Below, one piece after another: positions 37,905-51,599 of a stretch of DNA of 64,000 bases (within the stretch, counting starts at the first letter, position 1; every line of letters starts with the position of its first letter). A model generated the notes under the pieces. It saw nothing but the letters and a program-made list of their open reading frames with translations. It searched no databases and was not told the origin of the DNA. Source of the DNA: Lama guanicoe (Eukaryota); the NCBI GenBank assembly GCA_013239625.1, contig MU054187.1, positions 10,251,231 to 10,315,230 on the forward strand, read 5' to 3'. A program made the position numbers and the translations under genes.

Positions 37905-40900
37905 TGAAGAGCTTTAGAATGCCAACTTAAGTTATTATCAACTTAAGATAGACTGGTGTCAACAGAAGTTTTATTTTTATGTCAACCTCATAGTAACTGC
38001 AAGCAAAAACCTAGAGTAGGCACACAAGGCAAAGAGAAAGAACCTACACCTGCCACTACAGAAAGTGGTCACCGAAGAAGAGCAAGAGAAGAAGAAAGGA
38101 ACAAATGAAGGACAAAGCAGCCAGGAAAGAATGAACAAAATGGCAGCAAGTATATACCTGCCAACAACTACTTTAAACTCTCCAATCAAAAGACTAAATA
38201 GACTAAACTCTCCAATCAAAAGAAACAAAGGGGCTGAATGGATAAAACAGCAAGGCCATTTATGTGCTGCCTACAAGAGACTCATTTCAATGCAGGGACG
38301 CACACAGACTAAAAGTGGGGGATAGGAAAAGATGCTCCATGGAAATGGAAACAAAAAGAAGTCTGGGAGAGCTATACCTATGTCAGACAAAATAGACTTC
38401 AAGACAAAACTGTAATAAGAGACAAAAAGTCATTACATTTTGATGAAGGGTCACTCTAGCATGAGGCTATAACATTTGTAAATATTTTTTCACTCAACAC
38501 AGAGGCACCTGAATATATAAAATAAATAGTAACAGACCTACAGGGAGAAACAGACAGCAATACCACAGCAGCAGGCACTTTATACCCCACTTTCACCAAT
38601 GAAAAGATCACCCAGACAGAAAATCAATAAGGAACCACTGCTCTTGAATAACATGTTAGACCACATGGACTTAAAGAGAGCTATACAGAGTATTTCATCC
38701 AAAAGCAACAAAATGCAATTTTTTTCCTCAAGTGAACATCACTCTCCAGGGCAGATCATATGTTAGGGTACCAAACAAGTTTGAACAAATTTAAGACTGA
38801 AATTATATAAAGCCTCTTTTCCAACCACAATGGTATGAGACTAGAAATAAATTTTAAAAAAATTGGGAAGTTAACAAATATATGGAGATTAAACAACATG
38901 TTATGGAACAACCAATGGCTCAAAGAAAAAAAATCAAAAGAAGAATCAAAAAGTACATCGAGACAAATGAAAATGGAAATACAACATAGCAAAATTTGCA
39001 AGATGCAGCAAAAGCAGTTATAAGAGGGAAATTCATACATGTAATGTCTACAGCAAGAAACAAGAAAAATCTCAACCTAACTTTACAACACAAGGAACTA
39101 AAAAAAGAACAAATAAAGCCCCAAGTTATTAGAAGGAAAGAAATAACAAAGAATGGAAATAAATAAAACAAACTAGGAAGATAATAAAAAGATCAATAAA
39201 ATTAAGAGCTGTTGTTTTTGAAAAGATAAACAAAATTGGAACACCTTTAGCTAGACTCACAAATTAAAAAAAAATAGAAGACTAAAAGTCAGAAACTAAA
39301 GAGGAGACATTTTAACTGATTCCACATAAATATAAAGGATCATAAGAGACTATTATGAACAATTAGATGCTGACAAATTGGACAACCTAGAAATGGATAA
39401 ACTTCTAGAAACATACCACATATTGAGACTGAATCATTAAGAAAAAGAAAATCTGAACAGATTGATTACTAGCAGGGAGATGGAATCAGTAATCAAACAC
39501 CTCCCAACAAACAAAAGTCCAGGATCAGATGGCTTTACTGGTGAATTCTACCAAACATTTAAAGAATAATTAATTCCAATTCGTCTGAAACTCTTACAAA
39601 AACAGAAGAGGAGGGAATACTTCCAATCTCATTTCATGAGGCCAGCATTACTCTGATACCAAGACCAGACAAAGATGCCACAAGAAGAGAAAATTAGAGG
39701 CCAACAAAGATGCAAAATTCCTCAACCAAATATTAACAAAATAAATTCAATAATACATTAAAAGGATAATATACCATGATGAAGTGGGATTTATTCCAAA
39801 GATGCAAGGATGGTTTATGATCCACACATCAGTGTGATATACCACATGAATGTGCTAATGTGATATCCACATCATCCTCATTAAAATAAGACTAAAAGTT
39901 GTATGGTCATCTCAATCGATGCAGGAAGAGCATCTGACAAAATTCAACATCCATTATGATACAAAGCTCTCAACAAAGCAGGTATAGAGGGACTGTATCT
40001 CAACACAGTAAAGGCCATATATGACAAGCCCACAGCTGCCCTCGTACTCAATGGTAAAATACTTTTCCTCTAAGGTCAGGAAAACAGACCAGGATGCTCA
40101 CTCTTGCCACTTTGATTTAACGTAATATTGGAAATCCTAGACAGATCAATTAAGCAAGAAAAAGACATAAAAGAAATACAAATGGGAAATGAAGAAGTAA
40201 ACTGTTACTATTTACAGATAACATGACATTAAAGCTGTTGGAACTAATAAAATTCAGTAAAGTTGCAGGAAACAAAATCAATACACGAAATTTATTGTGT
40301 TTCCATACACTAACAACAGACTGTCAGAAAGAGTTTAGTAAACAACCCCATTTACAATTGCATCAAAAAGAATAAAATACCTAGGAATAAATTTAATCAA
40401 GGGGGCAAAAGATCTGTACACAGAAAACTGTAAGGCATTGATGAATGAACTCAGACACAAATAAATGTAAAGATATCCCATGCTCATAGATTTAAACGAT
40501 AAATAATAAAGTGTCCATGCTACCCAAAGCAATCTACAGATTCAATGCAACCCCTATCAAAATTCCAACGGCATTTTCCACAGAACTATAACAAACCTAA
40601 AATTTGTGTGTTGCACTAGACAAAACAATCTTGAGAGAGAAAAACAAAGCTGGAGGCATCATACCATGCATATATTGTCAATTAATTTACGACAGAGGAG
40701 CCAAAGATATATAATAGGGAAAGGATAATCACTTCAATAAATGGTGTTGGGAAAACTGGACAGCCACATGCAAAAGAATGAAGCTAGACCACTGCCTTAC
40801 ACCACACACAAAAACAAACTCAAAATGGATTGAAGACTTCAATATAAGATCTGAAACTGTAAAACTAAAAGAAAACATAAGTGATAAGTTCCTTGACATT

Positions 40901-42155
40901 GGTCTTGGCAATGATTTTTGGATTTGACACCAAAAGCAAAGGCAACAAAAGTAAAAAATAAACAAGTGGGACTATATCAAGCTAAAAAGCTTTGGCACAG
41001 CAAAGGAAACCATGAACCAAATGAAAAGGCAACTGATCAAAGGAGAAAAAATATTTACAAATCATATATCTGTTGGGAGATTCATGTCTAAAATAAATAA
41101 AGAAGAATATAACTCAATAGCAGAAAAACAAACAGTTCAGTTAACAATGAGCAGAGGATCTGCATAGACATTTTCTCAAAGAAGACATGCAGTTGGCCAA
41201 CAGGTACATGAAATGGTCCTGAACACCACTAATCATCAAGGAAATGTACATCAAAACCACAATGACAGATCACCTCATATCTGTTAGGATGTTTATTATA
41301 AAAAAAATAAGAAATAAGTTTCGGTGAGGATGTAGAGAAAAGAGAACCCATGTACATTATTGGTAGGAATGTAAATTTGTATAGATACTTTGGAAAACAG
41401 TACGGAGTTTCTTCAAAAAATTAAAAATAGGATGGCCATATAAGCCAGCAATTCTACTACTGGGTATTTATCCAAAGGAAAAGAAAACACTAACTCAAAA
41501 AGATAAAAGCACCCACATGTTCATTGCAGCACTATATACAATAGCCAACATGTAGAAGCAACCTAAGTGTCCATCGATGGATGAATGGATAAAGAAAATA
41601 CACACATACACAATAGAATATTACTGAGTCAGAAAAAAGATCTTGCCATTTGTGACATCGATGGACCTTGAGGGCAATATGCTAAATAAATTAGGTTAGA
41701 CAAGTTAGACAGATAAAGACAAATAGTGTATGGTCTCATGTATATGTGGAATCTAACCCCTGCAAACAAACAAGCTCATAGATACTGAGAACAGATTAAT
41801 CATTGCCAGAGGTAGGGGGTTGGGGTAGGTGAAATGGGTGAAGGTAGTCAAAAGAGACAAACTTCCAATTTTAAAATAAGTAAGTCACAGTGATGTAATG
41901 TATAGCATGGTGACTATAGTTAATAATACTGTATTGAATATTTGAAAGTTGCTAAGAGAGTAGATCTAAAAATTCATATCACAAGAAAAAAATTCATAAC
42001 TCTGTGCAGTAATGGATGTTAACTAGACTTATTATGGGTATATTTCACAGTATATTCACATAGCCAATCATTACATTAAACACCTGAAACTAATATAACG
42101 TTATATGTCAATTGTATTGCAATAAAAAAAGCACCCCCCTTGAATTAAAAAAAAA
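37905..42155 (+). mobile_element. 5'-truncated, degenerate L1 (inter-ORF region, ORF2 and 3' UTR; L1MA9-like lineage)
   Basis: The ORF2 start near 38140 (MAASIYLPTTTLN...PIKR...AEWIK) matches the endonuclease N-terminus. The RT motif is degraded to LFTDNM at 40208-40225 (normally LFADDM). There are many stops, frameshifts and deletions. The 3' UTR reads 'atggtgactatagttaataatactgtattg...cctgaaactaatataac...aataaaaaaa'. Confidence 0.95.
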
Positions 42156-42839
42156 ATTCATCTCCACTACATACATAAACACAAAATCACGTATGTTTTA
42201 CCATCTTTGTTCTTTTTATAACCCAGGATGATGGTGCCAGGGGTATCTTCAGTTTTATTCTGGAGGGAAAACAGTATTTTTCTGTACGTTGATGTGAGTT
42301 CTTATTCTGACTGATGATTACAGTTGCTGTGGATCCCAGACCTGTTTTTTAAAATGCACACTCATGTGGTCAGCCTTGAAAAGCTCAGTCTTGCTCCTAG
42401 TCCACGATGGTGTCCTCCAGCTCATAACAGGCGCTCATTAAATATTTGGGGGGGATTAAAATCAGCCTGCACATTTATCTTTCATTTATTTGTAAACTTG
42501 GTACCTTCCCCCTGATCCTGGGCTCTGACAGCTTTTTGTCTTCCTTGTTAGGCAACCCTACTTCGATACTGCAGCTCACTTGGCAAGAGATGTTCTCCAC
42601 AAAGGCCCTTCTCAGGGGCATCACGTTGCTGTGCACATCTGTGTAAAACCCGCAGAGTCACAGCATTTTGGCTTCTTAATATCAGCTAGTGTTTCATAGG
42701 GTTTATTGGTGATGCTAATTGAAATGATTAAGAATTAGGCTGAGATGTCTGAAGTGTAAAAATATATGAAACAAGATTGAATACTGCTCTCTCCTTATAT
42801 ATCTTCATTTTGGTCTCATACTTTTTACTTACATATGTA

Positions 42840-42912
42840 AATAAAATATATAAATATATTTATATAAAAACATATATATATGTATATATATGTGTATATA
42901 TATATATATGTG

Positions 42913-42943
<31 letters not shown>
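42840..42943. repeat. (TA)n/(TATG)-rich microsatellite
   Basis: Seen directly. Confidence 0.95.
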
Positions 42944-42947
<4 letters not shown>

Positions 42948-43104
42948 CCAGCTCTGCTAGTCAACTAAAGGATATGATGTCCTTGAATCTGAAACCCACC
43001 AGAGTGTGGCTTGCTGCAGAAACAGATGGCTTTGGAAAAAGCTTTTACTTTGCTCGTGCTGAGACAACCATTTGACATCAGATCGTCTTTATGCAGGCTT
43101 GACT

Positions 43105-43400
43105 ATTATCTTGATTTTCTTCTGCAGTGGTTTTCAAACATTTTTTGTTCAATTATACACTAAAAATTTTGAAGAACTAGCTCATCACAGGTTTTAAAGC
43201 TGTCGTCAAATATTTTCATAAGTTTACATAGCTGCAGTGGATATAGTTCTGGTGTATTGTAAATATGGACATTTTTAAAATACATCACATTTTAAGATGT
43301 ATCTAAAGGAATCCAAGAATCATATAACAGTGGGATATTTTATATCCTTTTTCCTCTTTGAACTCATATCTTCATTCCAATTCTAGTGCAAAGTGTTCTG
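43105..43400. mobile_element. Probable hAT-Charlie DNA transposon remnant
   Basis: Begins with the Charlie-type terminus 'cagtggttttcaaac' and has an AT-rich body; the other end is not identified. Confidence 0.35.
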
Positions 43401-44489
43401 TTACCGGCAAGTCGTCTAGACCACCCTTTCATATTTCTGTGCAACCCAAAGCAGTTCATTTGCCCTTCTTTTTTTTTTAAATTTCACTAAATAGCATCAC
43501 TTTCTATCTAGGTCCTCACGCTTGTTACCTAGAAGTCATCCTTTCTTTTATCTTTCTCACTCATCCTATCCATCATCAAGCCCTTTTTACTCTACCTCCA
43601 GCATCACGTCAAATCCACGCAAGGCTCCCCAGCATCCCAGGGGTCTCCCGGAATTCCTGAGCAGCGGTTTGTCAGGGAGCGGCGGCCCAACAGGAAAATA
43701 CAGAGGCAAAAGCGGGAGCAATTCCTATTTTATTTAAAAGTGTCATAGTTAAAGTGCTGTTAACCTAGGCACCAACCAGTCTGAAGTCCTTCTCGGAACC
43801 CAGTCACGATGCTTTATTCTAAGTCTCATAAATTGATGTTTTGCTTTTAAAATTGATGAAATGAGAAATCAGAGTCTTCTCTGAACAAATATGCCCTAAC
43901 TACCTCGCTTGCTTTAAACTTACAGGAATGCTTTAGGCACTACAAAGGAAGGTATTATTTCACTGTTTGTTTTTTTTAGATCAAGTTTTTATGTAACAAA
44001 GTGAGTTTCAAAACTTGTGGATGACAGCGACTTGGGAGCTACAGCAAACGCTGCACTAAGGAACACTGCAACTAGATGTGATTTGCAGTTTAGGGTAACC
44101 AAATGTAGCCCAGAAAGAAATACAAAAAGATGAACTGTGGAAAAGGAAGGAGGAGACAGCAACTTCTGCTCAATAAAAGCAGCAGGGATATCATGCCAGG
44201 GCTGAGTTCTCTGGTCTTGTTTTTCTTACGTCGACCCTCCTCTCTTACTCTATCTGGCAGCATTAAAACCCGATCCTGAAGGGACAAAATAAAGGATGTT
44301 CAAATTTGCTTATTCTAGGATAGAAAACAGTTTACTTGAAATTTGGATTCGAATGTTCAAGGCTGCATTATTTTTATTTTGTAATGTCTTTCAATGGCTT
44401 TGTTACTTTTATCCTCAGAAAACAATAACACTGTAGCGCTCCCATGGAATGCAGTAGACTTAACTCAGCAAAATTAATTTAACAGAGGT

Positions 44490-44630
44490 ATATTAAATGC
44501 CTCCTGTGCAGCGGGCACTATTTGAAGCATTGGGGGTCTGGTGTTGATCAAAGACACTAGGTGGAGGCAGAAGACACAAATGTCTTTCTCCTCAAGGAAT
44601 CTGACTTTAGCTAAAGTCTTCTGAATAAGG
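44490..44630 (-). mobile_element. L2 3' end fragment
   Basis: 'atattaaatgcctcctgtgcagcgggcactat...tcctcaaggaatctgactttag'. Confidence 0.5.
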
Positions 44631-46202
44631 ATAGAGACTGTATGACTGATTCTCTTCACGGGTTTATTGACCCTTTAAAGCTTTCAAACAAAGATGCAGC
44701 CACATTGACACTGGCTCTAGGTGCTTTCCCACCAGGGTCTGCCCCATCACTGGGTTGGTTGCCCTCCTTACTCCTGCTGGGACCTTCCATTGAGCACAAC
44801 AGAGGGGATGCCTGCCTGCAGCTCTGGGAGCTCTGCTGGCGACCTGCACCTGCTGGAGGTACCTTTGCCCCCTTTTCTACTCATCCCATCATCCCTCACA
44901 ATTTAAATTCTAGTTAAATTCTTCTAATTCAGTTCTCACCACCCTGGTAGCTTGGTCATCTCACCCCTCCCCTATTCCATCAAAACTCACTCTGAACCAC
45001 TCATTTTCAGTGCAGAGGATCTAACTGTCTAATTTACTCAGCACTTCTGCAGGACCCTTCTCTCCGGCATTCAGGGGCAACCTTTTGTGTGTGTGCAGTG
45101 AGAATCTAGTGTTATTTGACTTGAGAGCCGTTTGTGGGGTTTAGGGAGGGGGGCTTTGTGCAAACCCTCAGATCACACCACCGATGCCTCACCTGCTTAT
45201 AACCCTAATGCTGCAGGGCATCTTTGCTCTGAAACACATTTGCTCCTGTGGCAGGGATCAAGGTCTTGGTCACTTTAAGATCATCAAAATCTTCTTTCCC
45301 TGCTAAAAGCCACATTCTTAAATTGCAGTGCTTTCAAGTAGGTGTGAACATTCTACTTCTATGTCAATGGTATGATTAGCTGAGTTTTTGTTTTTTTTTT
45401 TGGCTTTTTGCTTTTTAACAGGGTTACAGGAGGGTTCGCAGAGGGGACGTGAGAACACGTATTATCATTTAGTCTGCACAGTGGGGGTTCTTTCGGACAG
45501 TTCATAAATACAGAGGGGTGGCAGGCCTTTACTTCCCACCAACAGAGTCTGCATTTATCAGGGTTAGCACTCATTCACATAAGGTTGAAAAGAAATCAGA
45601 TCTCATTCACTAAAATACCAAGCTCAGGCAAGTCTACATCTTTTTTTAAACCTTTAGTCTTAGCTACTCTCTGTGGCTGTTTGGACATGTCAGATATTAT
45701 TTTATTTTTTAAGCCGATGGCAGCAACTTCAGTAACTTCAAAAGATGTCAGACCGCTCTGCTGTGGGAAGAGGGTTACTGCGCTGCCACCTAGCTTTCAG
45801 CTTGGACACTCAGCCACGTTATAAAACTTTTATAGATTAATTGCACAGAAATAACCAGCATCAGTTATAATAGGTTCATTTGAATTCTTTTCCTTAGACA
45901 GGCTTTTACACGCCTAGTGGACATGCCTCTGGGGCACTGAACTTGAGCATCAGAAATAGTAAAAGAAGGAAGTTTGCGTTACCTGAAGAGGTATAGTACA
46001 TCATGAACTCTCTTCTTTCATAAAAGTGTATTGTTCAAAATGCATCTAGTATAAAAGCCTTTGAATGCTGAAATCCGTACTTATAACTATTATTAAGGAT
46101 ATTATATCTGCAGATTTTGACATTCCAATTCTAGCAACAACTTCTCCCCAATACCTGGGAAAATGTGTATGACGTCTATCTGTATTTATATCTACCTCCA
46201 TT

Positions 46203-46325
46203 CAGCAGGACCACTGTATGGAGCCGGACTGCACAACTCCATGGGCACCATTCTCACTGATCTGTTAATGCTGGCTGCTTCCCAGGAGTTGTGTAGGATC
46301 TTCACAGTTTTACATCGAAGGCCTG
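46203..46325. mobile_element. Palindromic MITE (MER91A-like, hAT-Tip100)
   Basis: Inverted arms cacaactcc (46232-46240) and ggagttgtg (46285-46293), 'ggcaccattc' core, ends 'ggcctg'. Confidence 0.7.
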
Positions 46326-46869
46326 GGATCTGCCAGTACAACTCCTGGCTTGCCCTGGGAGATCCTATTTCTCCATTCAGTTTGGGAAGTGATGAAGACT
46401 TTGCTACCCATAAGTTATTAATGAATGTGCTTATTACTGTTCAATGGCAGCTGCTTCACTCTTTCACACACATTCTTGTCGAAGTCCATCTCGTTCGTCA
46501 CTCTCAAAGCACCATTTTATCTTGCTGCTAGTGAAGGGGAAGTCCGGGGGTCTGGGATTGGAACTGGACTGCATTTTATACTCTGCTGGTACAGTGTACT
46601 TGGAACAGTAGGTGCCAAATAGGCTTTTGTAAGCTATCCTGGAAAATAACTCTCGTTAACAACACTGGACGTATGTAGAAGCATAAAAAACCAGCTCACA
46701 AATAAATGTTTGGAGCACAGTCTGGACCTCAACATGTGTGTGTGTATATATATGATACATATATAGTATGCCTCCATATGTATGTGTACATACATATGCG
46801 TATCTGTGCATCTATGTTATTGTGACTTATTGCCTTTGTTCCACTAGACAAATAATCAAATGCCCAGGG

Positions 46870-48030
46870 AGGTAAATATCTAGGCAATAATATACAGAAA
46901 AAGATAAATCTTGACTATTTCACACAACATACAAAAATTAATTCCATGTGCATTTTTAGCTCTAAATAAAAAAAAAATAAAGATTTTGAAAAAAATAAAG
47001 TATCTTCAAATCCTCAGGGTAGGCAAAGATTTATTAAAAGAAATAGACAAAGTGCCAAACCTAAAAAAACGTGATAAATGAGACTACATTAAAATGAAGA
47101 AATTCTGTTCATCAAAAGACACCACAGAAGAGGAAATTTACAACTTGTTATAAATTATTATTACAATTATACTACATGTATCCAATAAGACCACATATCC
47201 AAAATACATAAAGGACTAGTATAACTCAACAAGAGGCGGTAATCCAGAGAAATATGAGCAAAGGATTTGAATAGCCGCTTTATGAAAGAAGACATCCAAA
47301 ATGGCCAAGAAACATACAAAATGGCATGTCATCAATCATCAGAGTCATGCAAGCTAAAACTCAGTGCAATACTACCACACATTCACAGGAATGGCTCAAA
47401 TGAAAGGCATATTATATCAAGAATTAGCAAAGTTGTGCAACAGCTAGAATGCTTGTGAATGCAAGTGTAAATTGTTGCAACTGCTTGCGAAAACTGTTTA
47501 TACCTAATGACTCAGCAGTTCCTATCATGTCCCCAACAGAAATACAGCCATATGTTCAGCAGAAGACACATGCAGGAACGTTTATAGCAGTGATACGTGT
47601 TATAGCCCCAAACTAGAAATAACCCAGGGTCTATAAGCCGTAGAATGGGTATATTATGGTATGAAAATAAATGAACCACGACTACAGTGCACAAACATGG
47701 ACACCTCTCCTGAACACAACGTTGAGTGAAAGAAAATCAGATGTGAAGAGTATGATTTCATTATTATAAAGTTCAGACAGGTAAAACTAAGCTATAACTT
47801 AAAAGTTAGGGTGCTGATTATCCTTGCAGGGAGGTGCAGGGACAACGAGGACCACAAGGGAACTTGTAAGTGCCGGAAACACTCTGTGTCTTGGTCTGCT
47901 TATCAGTTACGTGGGTCTGGTCACTTTCTGAACAGTCATTCAACTGAACACGTATGGTTTGTGCACTTCTTTTTTTTAATGTGTTACACTTCTATGTTAT
48001 GCCAATAAAAAATTCACATTAAAAAAATAG
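46870..48030 (+). mobile_element. Ancient L1 3' portion (L1ME/MD-like)
   Basis: 'gactacattaaaatgaagaaattctgttcatcaaaagacacca', 'aaagaagacatccaaaatggccaa' and 'tttgtgcacttc...aataaaaaatt'. Confidence 0.8.
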
Positions 48031-49199
48031 CTTTAAACATTCCAAGAAATAAAAGCTTTTTATGTGTATTCTATCCATGAGAGCTTATTGATTTAACAGT
48101 CCTTGGTCTTACCCAGCTTTTTACAGAAAGGACATTTTTGCTCAGATCAAACATATGCCTCTGTGTTAAAAACTTTATTTGATATTTGGAAGAGAAAATA
48201 CTCTTGACACTAAATGCTTCTAGGCATCTGTTTTGAATGGATTTTAATGCCTCTGAATGTCTTTTTATTGATAATGTGCTAAGCTAAACATTTTCAATTT
48301 CATATCATTGACTTGAATCTGCGTACTGGGCTTTTTACTACTAAAAGATCAACAAATTCTTATGTTAATCGGTTTAATATTTGGGATGCCAGAATGGAAA
48401 TCTCTTTGTCTGCATAAAGTAATCAACTGCAAAATACCCATGAGTATCCATAGCTGTCATGATTTCGATGGATAGGAAGCCACAATCAAGAACGGCTTAG
48501 CCAAAACACCCTCACCAAATTAATCTGCATGCTGCTGAGTTTTAGTTTGTTCCTGTGTAGATGGCTGCCTACCACATGCAGGGCATTTCCTCACATAGCT
48601 CAATCTATTGTTAGGCTTAGATCCAAGGATGTTAGAACTTAATTGTCTCATTTCCTCTGTAAGTGATGCAGCATGTTACTACTTGTCTACAATTGTTGAT
48701 GGTGATCATAACACAGACTTGGAGGTGGGAGTGCGAGGGATTAAAGCACTGTTTTTGATAGTCAAGGAGGAGAAGACATGCATATAAAACTAACTTGCAT
48801 GCAGACTGGACTTAAAGCTATTCATTGTCCTTTTCTAAAGATTAGTATTAAAACACATTTTCCCCAGGATTCCCATCTTTATGTCACGCTAAACAGAGGA
48901 GTAGATGAGATGAGAGTTGAGAATGCCATCTGTTCCCACCCAAACCAAGTGCAATTTAACAAACATTTGAGTGCTTGCTACTTTCAAGGCAATTAAGTAA
49001 CCATACAAGCTTTTCACATGACTAAACACATGACAGAGACACATACGAAGAAACATCTATCATCAGTACACAACACACACATATACATACATAGAATCAT
49101 CTATCATTAAAGAAATCATTTGGCTATAGATTCTTTTTATGCAGTTCTATTTTTAACAATTGTATATACAGATATCACCCATCTTCCTACTTTTAGTCC

Positions 49200-49350
49200 T
49201 GTAACTTTACCTGTCTGTTAGATATTTCCACTCTGAATATTCCCCAGTTACCTTAAAAGGAACATGTCTAGAATTCAACCCTTTACCTCCACCTCTAGCT
49301 GGCTTTCCTATTTTAGCAATCAGATATACTATCAATCTCTTAGTTACCAA
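49200..49350 (+). mobile_element. L2 fragment (left part; appears to resume at ~51600)
   Basis: 'gatatttccactctgaatattccccagttacctt...aacatgtctagaattcaac'. Confidence 0.5.
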
Positions 49351-50127
49351 AGTCTTGCTTAACCCAGGGTCACAAAGATTTTTTTCCCCTATATTTTCTT
49401 CTACAAGTTCTATAGTTCTAGGTTTTACATTTAGATGTGCAATCCATTTTGACTTAATTTTTGTAAATGGTATAATGTATGGATTTTTTTTTCCATAAGA
49501 CTATCTAGCACTTTTTGTTGAAAAGATTTTCTTCCCACCTTTGTGAAAAATCAGCTGGCCGTGTATGTGTGGTTCTATTTCTAGACTGTCTGTAATGTGC
49601 TCTATTTGTCTATCTTTATGCCAATATTATATTATCTTGATTACGGTAGCTTTAGCTCTTAAAATCATATATCATTAGGTCCTTCAACTTTGTTCTTTTA
49701 AAAAAATTGTTTGGCTTTTCTAGGTTCTTTCATTTCTTAATGAATTTTGTGTGTGTGTGTGTGTGTGTGTGTTGTTGTTTTCCTTCTTGATGCTTTGTTT
49801 TTAAACTGACTTATAGTCAGTTTATATTGTTGTGTTAATTTTTGGTGTAGAGCATGGTGATTCAGTTATACATATACATACATATTCCCTTGCATATTCT
49901 TTTTCATTATAGGCTATTACAAGGTATTGAATATAGTTCCTTGTGCCATACAGTAGGACCTTGTTGTCTATCTATTTTATTTATAGTAGTTAGTATCTGC
50001 AAATCCCGAACTCCCAGTTTATCCTGCCACCCCCTGAATTTTAAAATCAGCATGCCACTTTCTTAAAAACAATTGCTAGAATTTTGACTGGAATTATATT
50101 GAATGTATAGACTAATTTATGGAGAAA
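49351..50127 (-). mobile_element. Old L1M ORF2 fragment, interrupted by a younger L1
   Basis: 'gggtcacaaagatttt...ttctatagttctaggttttacatttag...tccttcaactttgttctttt'; resumes after 50042 with 'aaaatcagc...attttgactggaattatattgaat'. Confidence 0.8.
49749..50034 (-). mobile_element. Lineage-specific L1 3' end with 8-bp TSD; tail contains a (GT)n microsatellite
   Basis: Same family as 12864-13140 ('tagtatctgcaaatcccgaactcccagtttatcc'). TSD tgaatttt at 49741-49748 and 50035-50042. Confidence 0.85.
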
Positions 50128-50149
50128 AAAAAATCTACTGTCTTATTTT

Positions 50150-51545
50150 GTTTGTTCCTCCAATTTTTAAAAAACTGTTTCTCTTTATCCCTGGTTTTAA
50201 GCAATTTGATGTGATTATGTTGTATCTCAGTGTTTTCTTCGTGTTTCTTGTACTCCAGGTTCATTGAGCTTCTTGGATCTGTGAGTTTAAGTCTTGATTC
50301 AATTTGTAAAAATTTTTGGCCATTATCTCTTCAAATATTTTTTTTTCTGCCCTCCTCCCTATGATCTCATTTTTCCTAGCATTTGAGGACTTCAGTTACA
50401 TATACACCAGGCTGCTTGATGTTTTCCCATCGTTTACTAATAAGCTGGTTTTTTTTTTTGTATATTTCTATTTCGTTTAAGGTCATTTCTATTGCCATGT
50501 CTTCTTCAACTTCACTAATCTCTTATTCTGCCTTGTCTAATTTGCTATTCGCCCTTTCTAGTATATTTTTCATTTTAAACATTATAGTTTTCATCTCTAG
50601 AATTTCTATTTATGTCTTTTTTGTATTGTCCATGTCTCTATTTATATGCTTAATCTTTTGTCTGCCTTCCTTAACATATGGAATACTTATAATGACTGTT
50701 ACAACGTTCTTATCTACTTATTCTATCATTGGTGACATTTATAGGTATATTTCTATTGATTAATTTTTCTCCCCATGGCTCATATTTTCTTACTCTTTTG
50801 CATGCCTGGTAATATTTGATTGGATGCCTGACATTGGGTAAAATTCCAATTTTGGGGTCTTAGGCAATTTTTTTCTATTTGAATCTTTTTGAGCTTTGTT
50901 CTCAGAAGCTGTTAAGTTTCTTGTGAACAATTTGATTCTTCTATGTCTTGCTTTACAGCTTTGCTAGTCAGGAGTAGAGCAGCTTCTGTTCTAAAGCTAG
51001 TTTTGTTCCACTAACGCAGGCAGACCCTTCTGAGTATCCTTCCTGACGTCCCCTGAAGTAAGCGGATTTTCTACCTTGTCCTTTGGGAAGGTAAACTTTT
51101 CCTGTCCTACCTGAGATACAGAGATTGTTCTTAATCTTTTTTGCTGGTCCTTTCTCCAGGCGTGGGGAGTTTCTTCACACTCACTTGTTGGTTAATACTC
51201 AGCTGAAGACTTGAGGGACCCCTCTGCAGGTCTCCGTAGCTCTCTTCTTCCCCGCATCCTTCCCTGTAAGCTCTTGCTGCCATGCACTCCCAACTTTTTC
51301 CTCTTCAACTTAGGGAGACTTTCAGGCTCCACCTGGGTTTCCCCTCCCTGGGCTACTTCGCAGAAACTGTCTCCAGTCAGGAACCTGGAGCAATCACCCT
51401 GCGGACCTTATTTGTTTCCTCTCTCTTAGTGATCATTGTCCTGCCATGTCTGATGCTCAATATCTGAAAACCAATTTATCATTTGGTTTTCTTTAGTTGT
51501 TTTAGGCAGGGGGTTATATCCAGTCTCTGTCACAAGTAGAAGTTG
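50150..51545 (-). mobile_element. Ancient L1M 5' region (ORF1/5' UTR remnant)
   Basis: 'gttcattgagcttcttggatctgtgagttt', 'tttggccattatctcttcaaatatttttt' and 'tttttcatctctagaatttctattt'; strongly T-rich on the + strand. Confidence 0.7.
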
Positions 51546-51599
51546 CTGTACCTTTGTAAACTTGCAATTCATTCACTTTAACTTAGTCCCAGATTTTAT

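Noticed and set aside
37905..42155. Potentially active L1
   Set aside because: It lacks the 5' UTR and ORF1, the RT catalytic motif is mutated (FTDNM), and it has many stops, frameshifts and deletions.
45975..46000. Second AG/GT recursive-like motif (cctcttcag|gtaacg, minus strand)
   Set aside because: Short pyrimidine tract and non-optimal donor; expected by chance.
50383..50763. 126-aa hydrophobic ORF resembling a membrane protein (similarly 7957-8304)
   Set aside because: The hydrophobicity comes from T-rich repeat-derived sequence.
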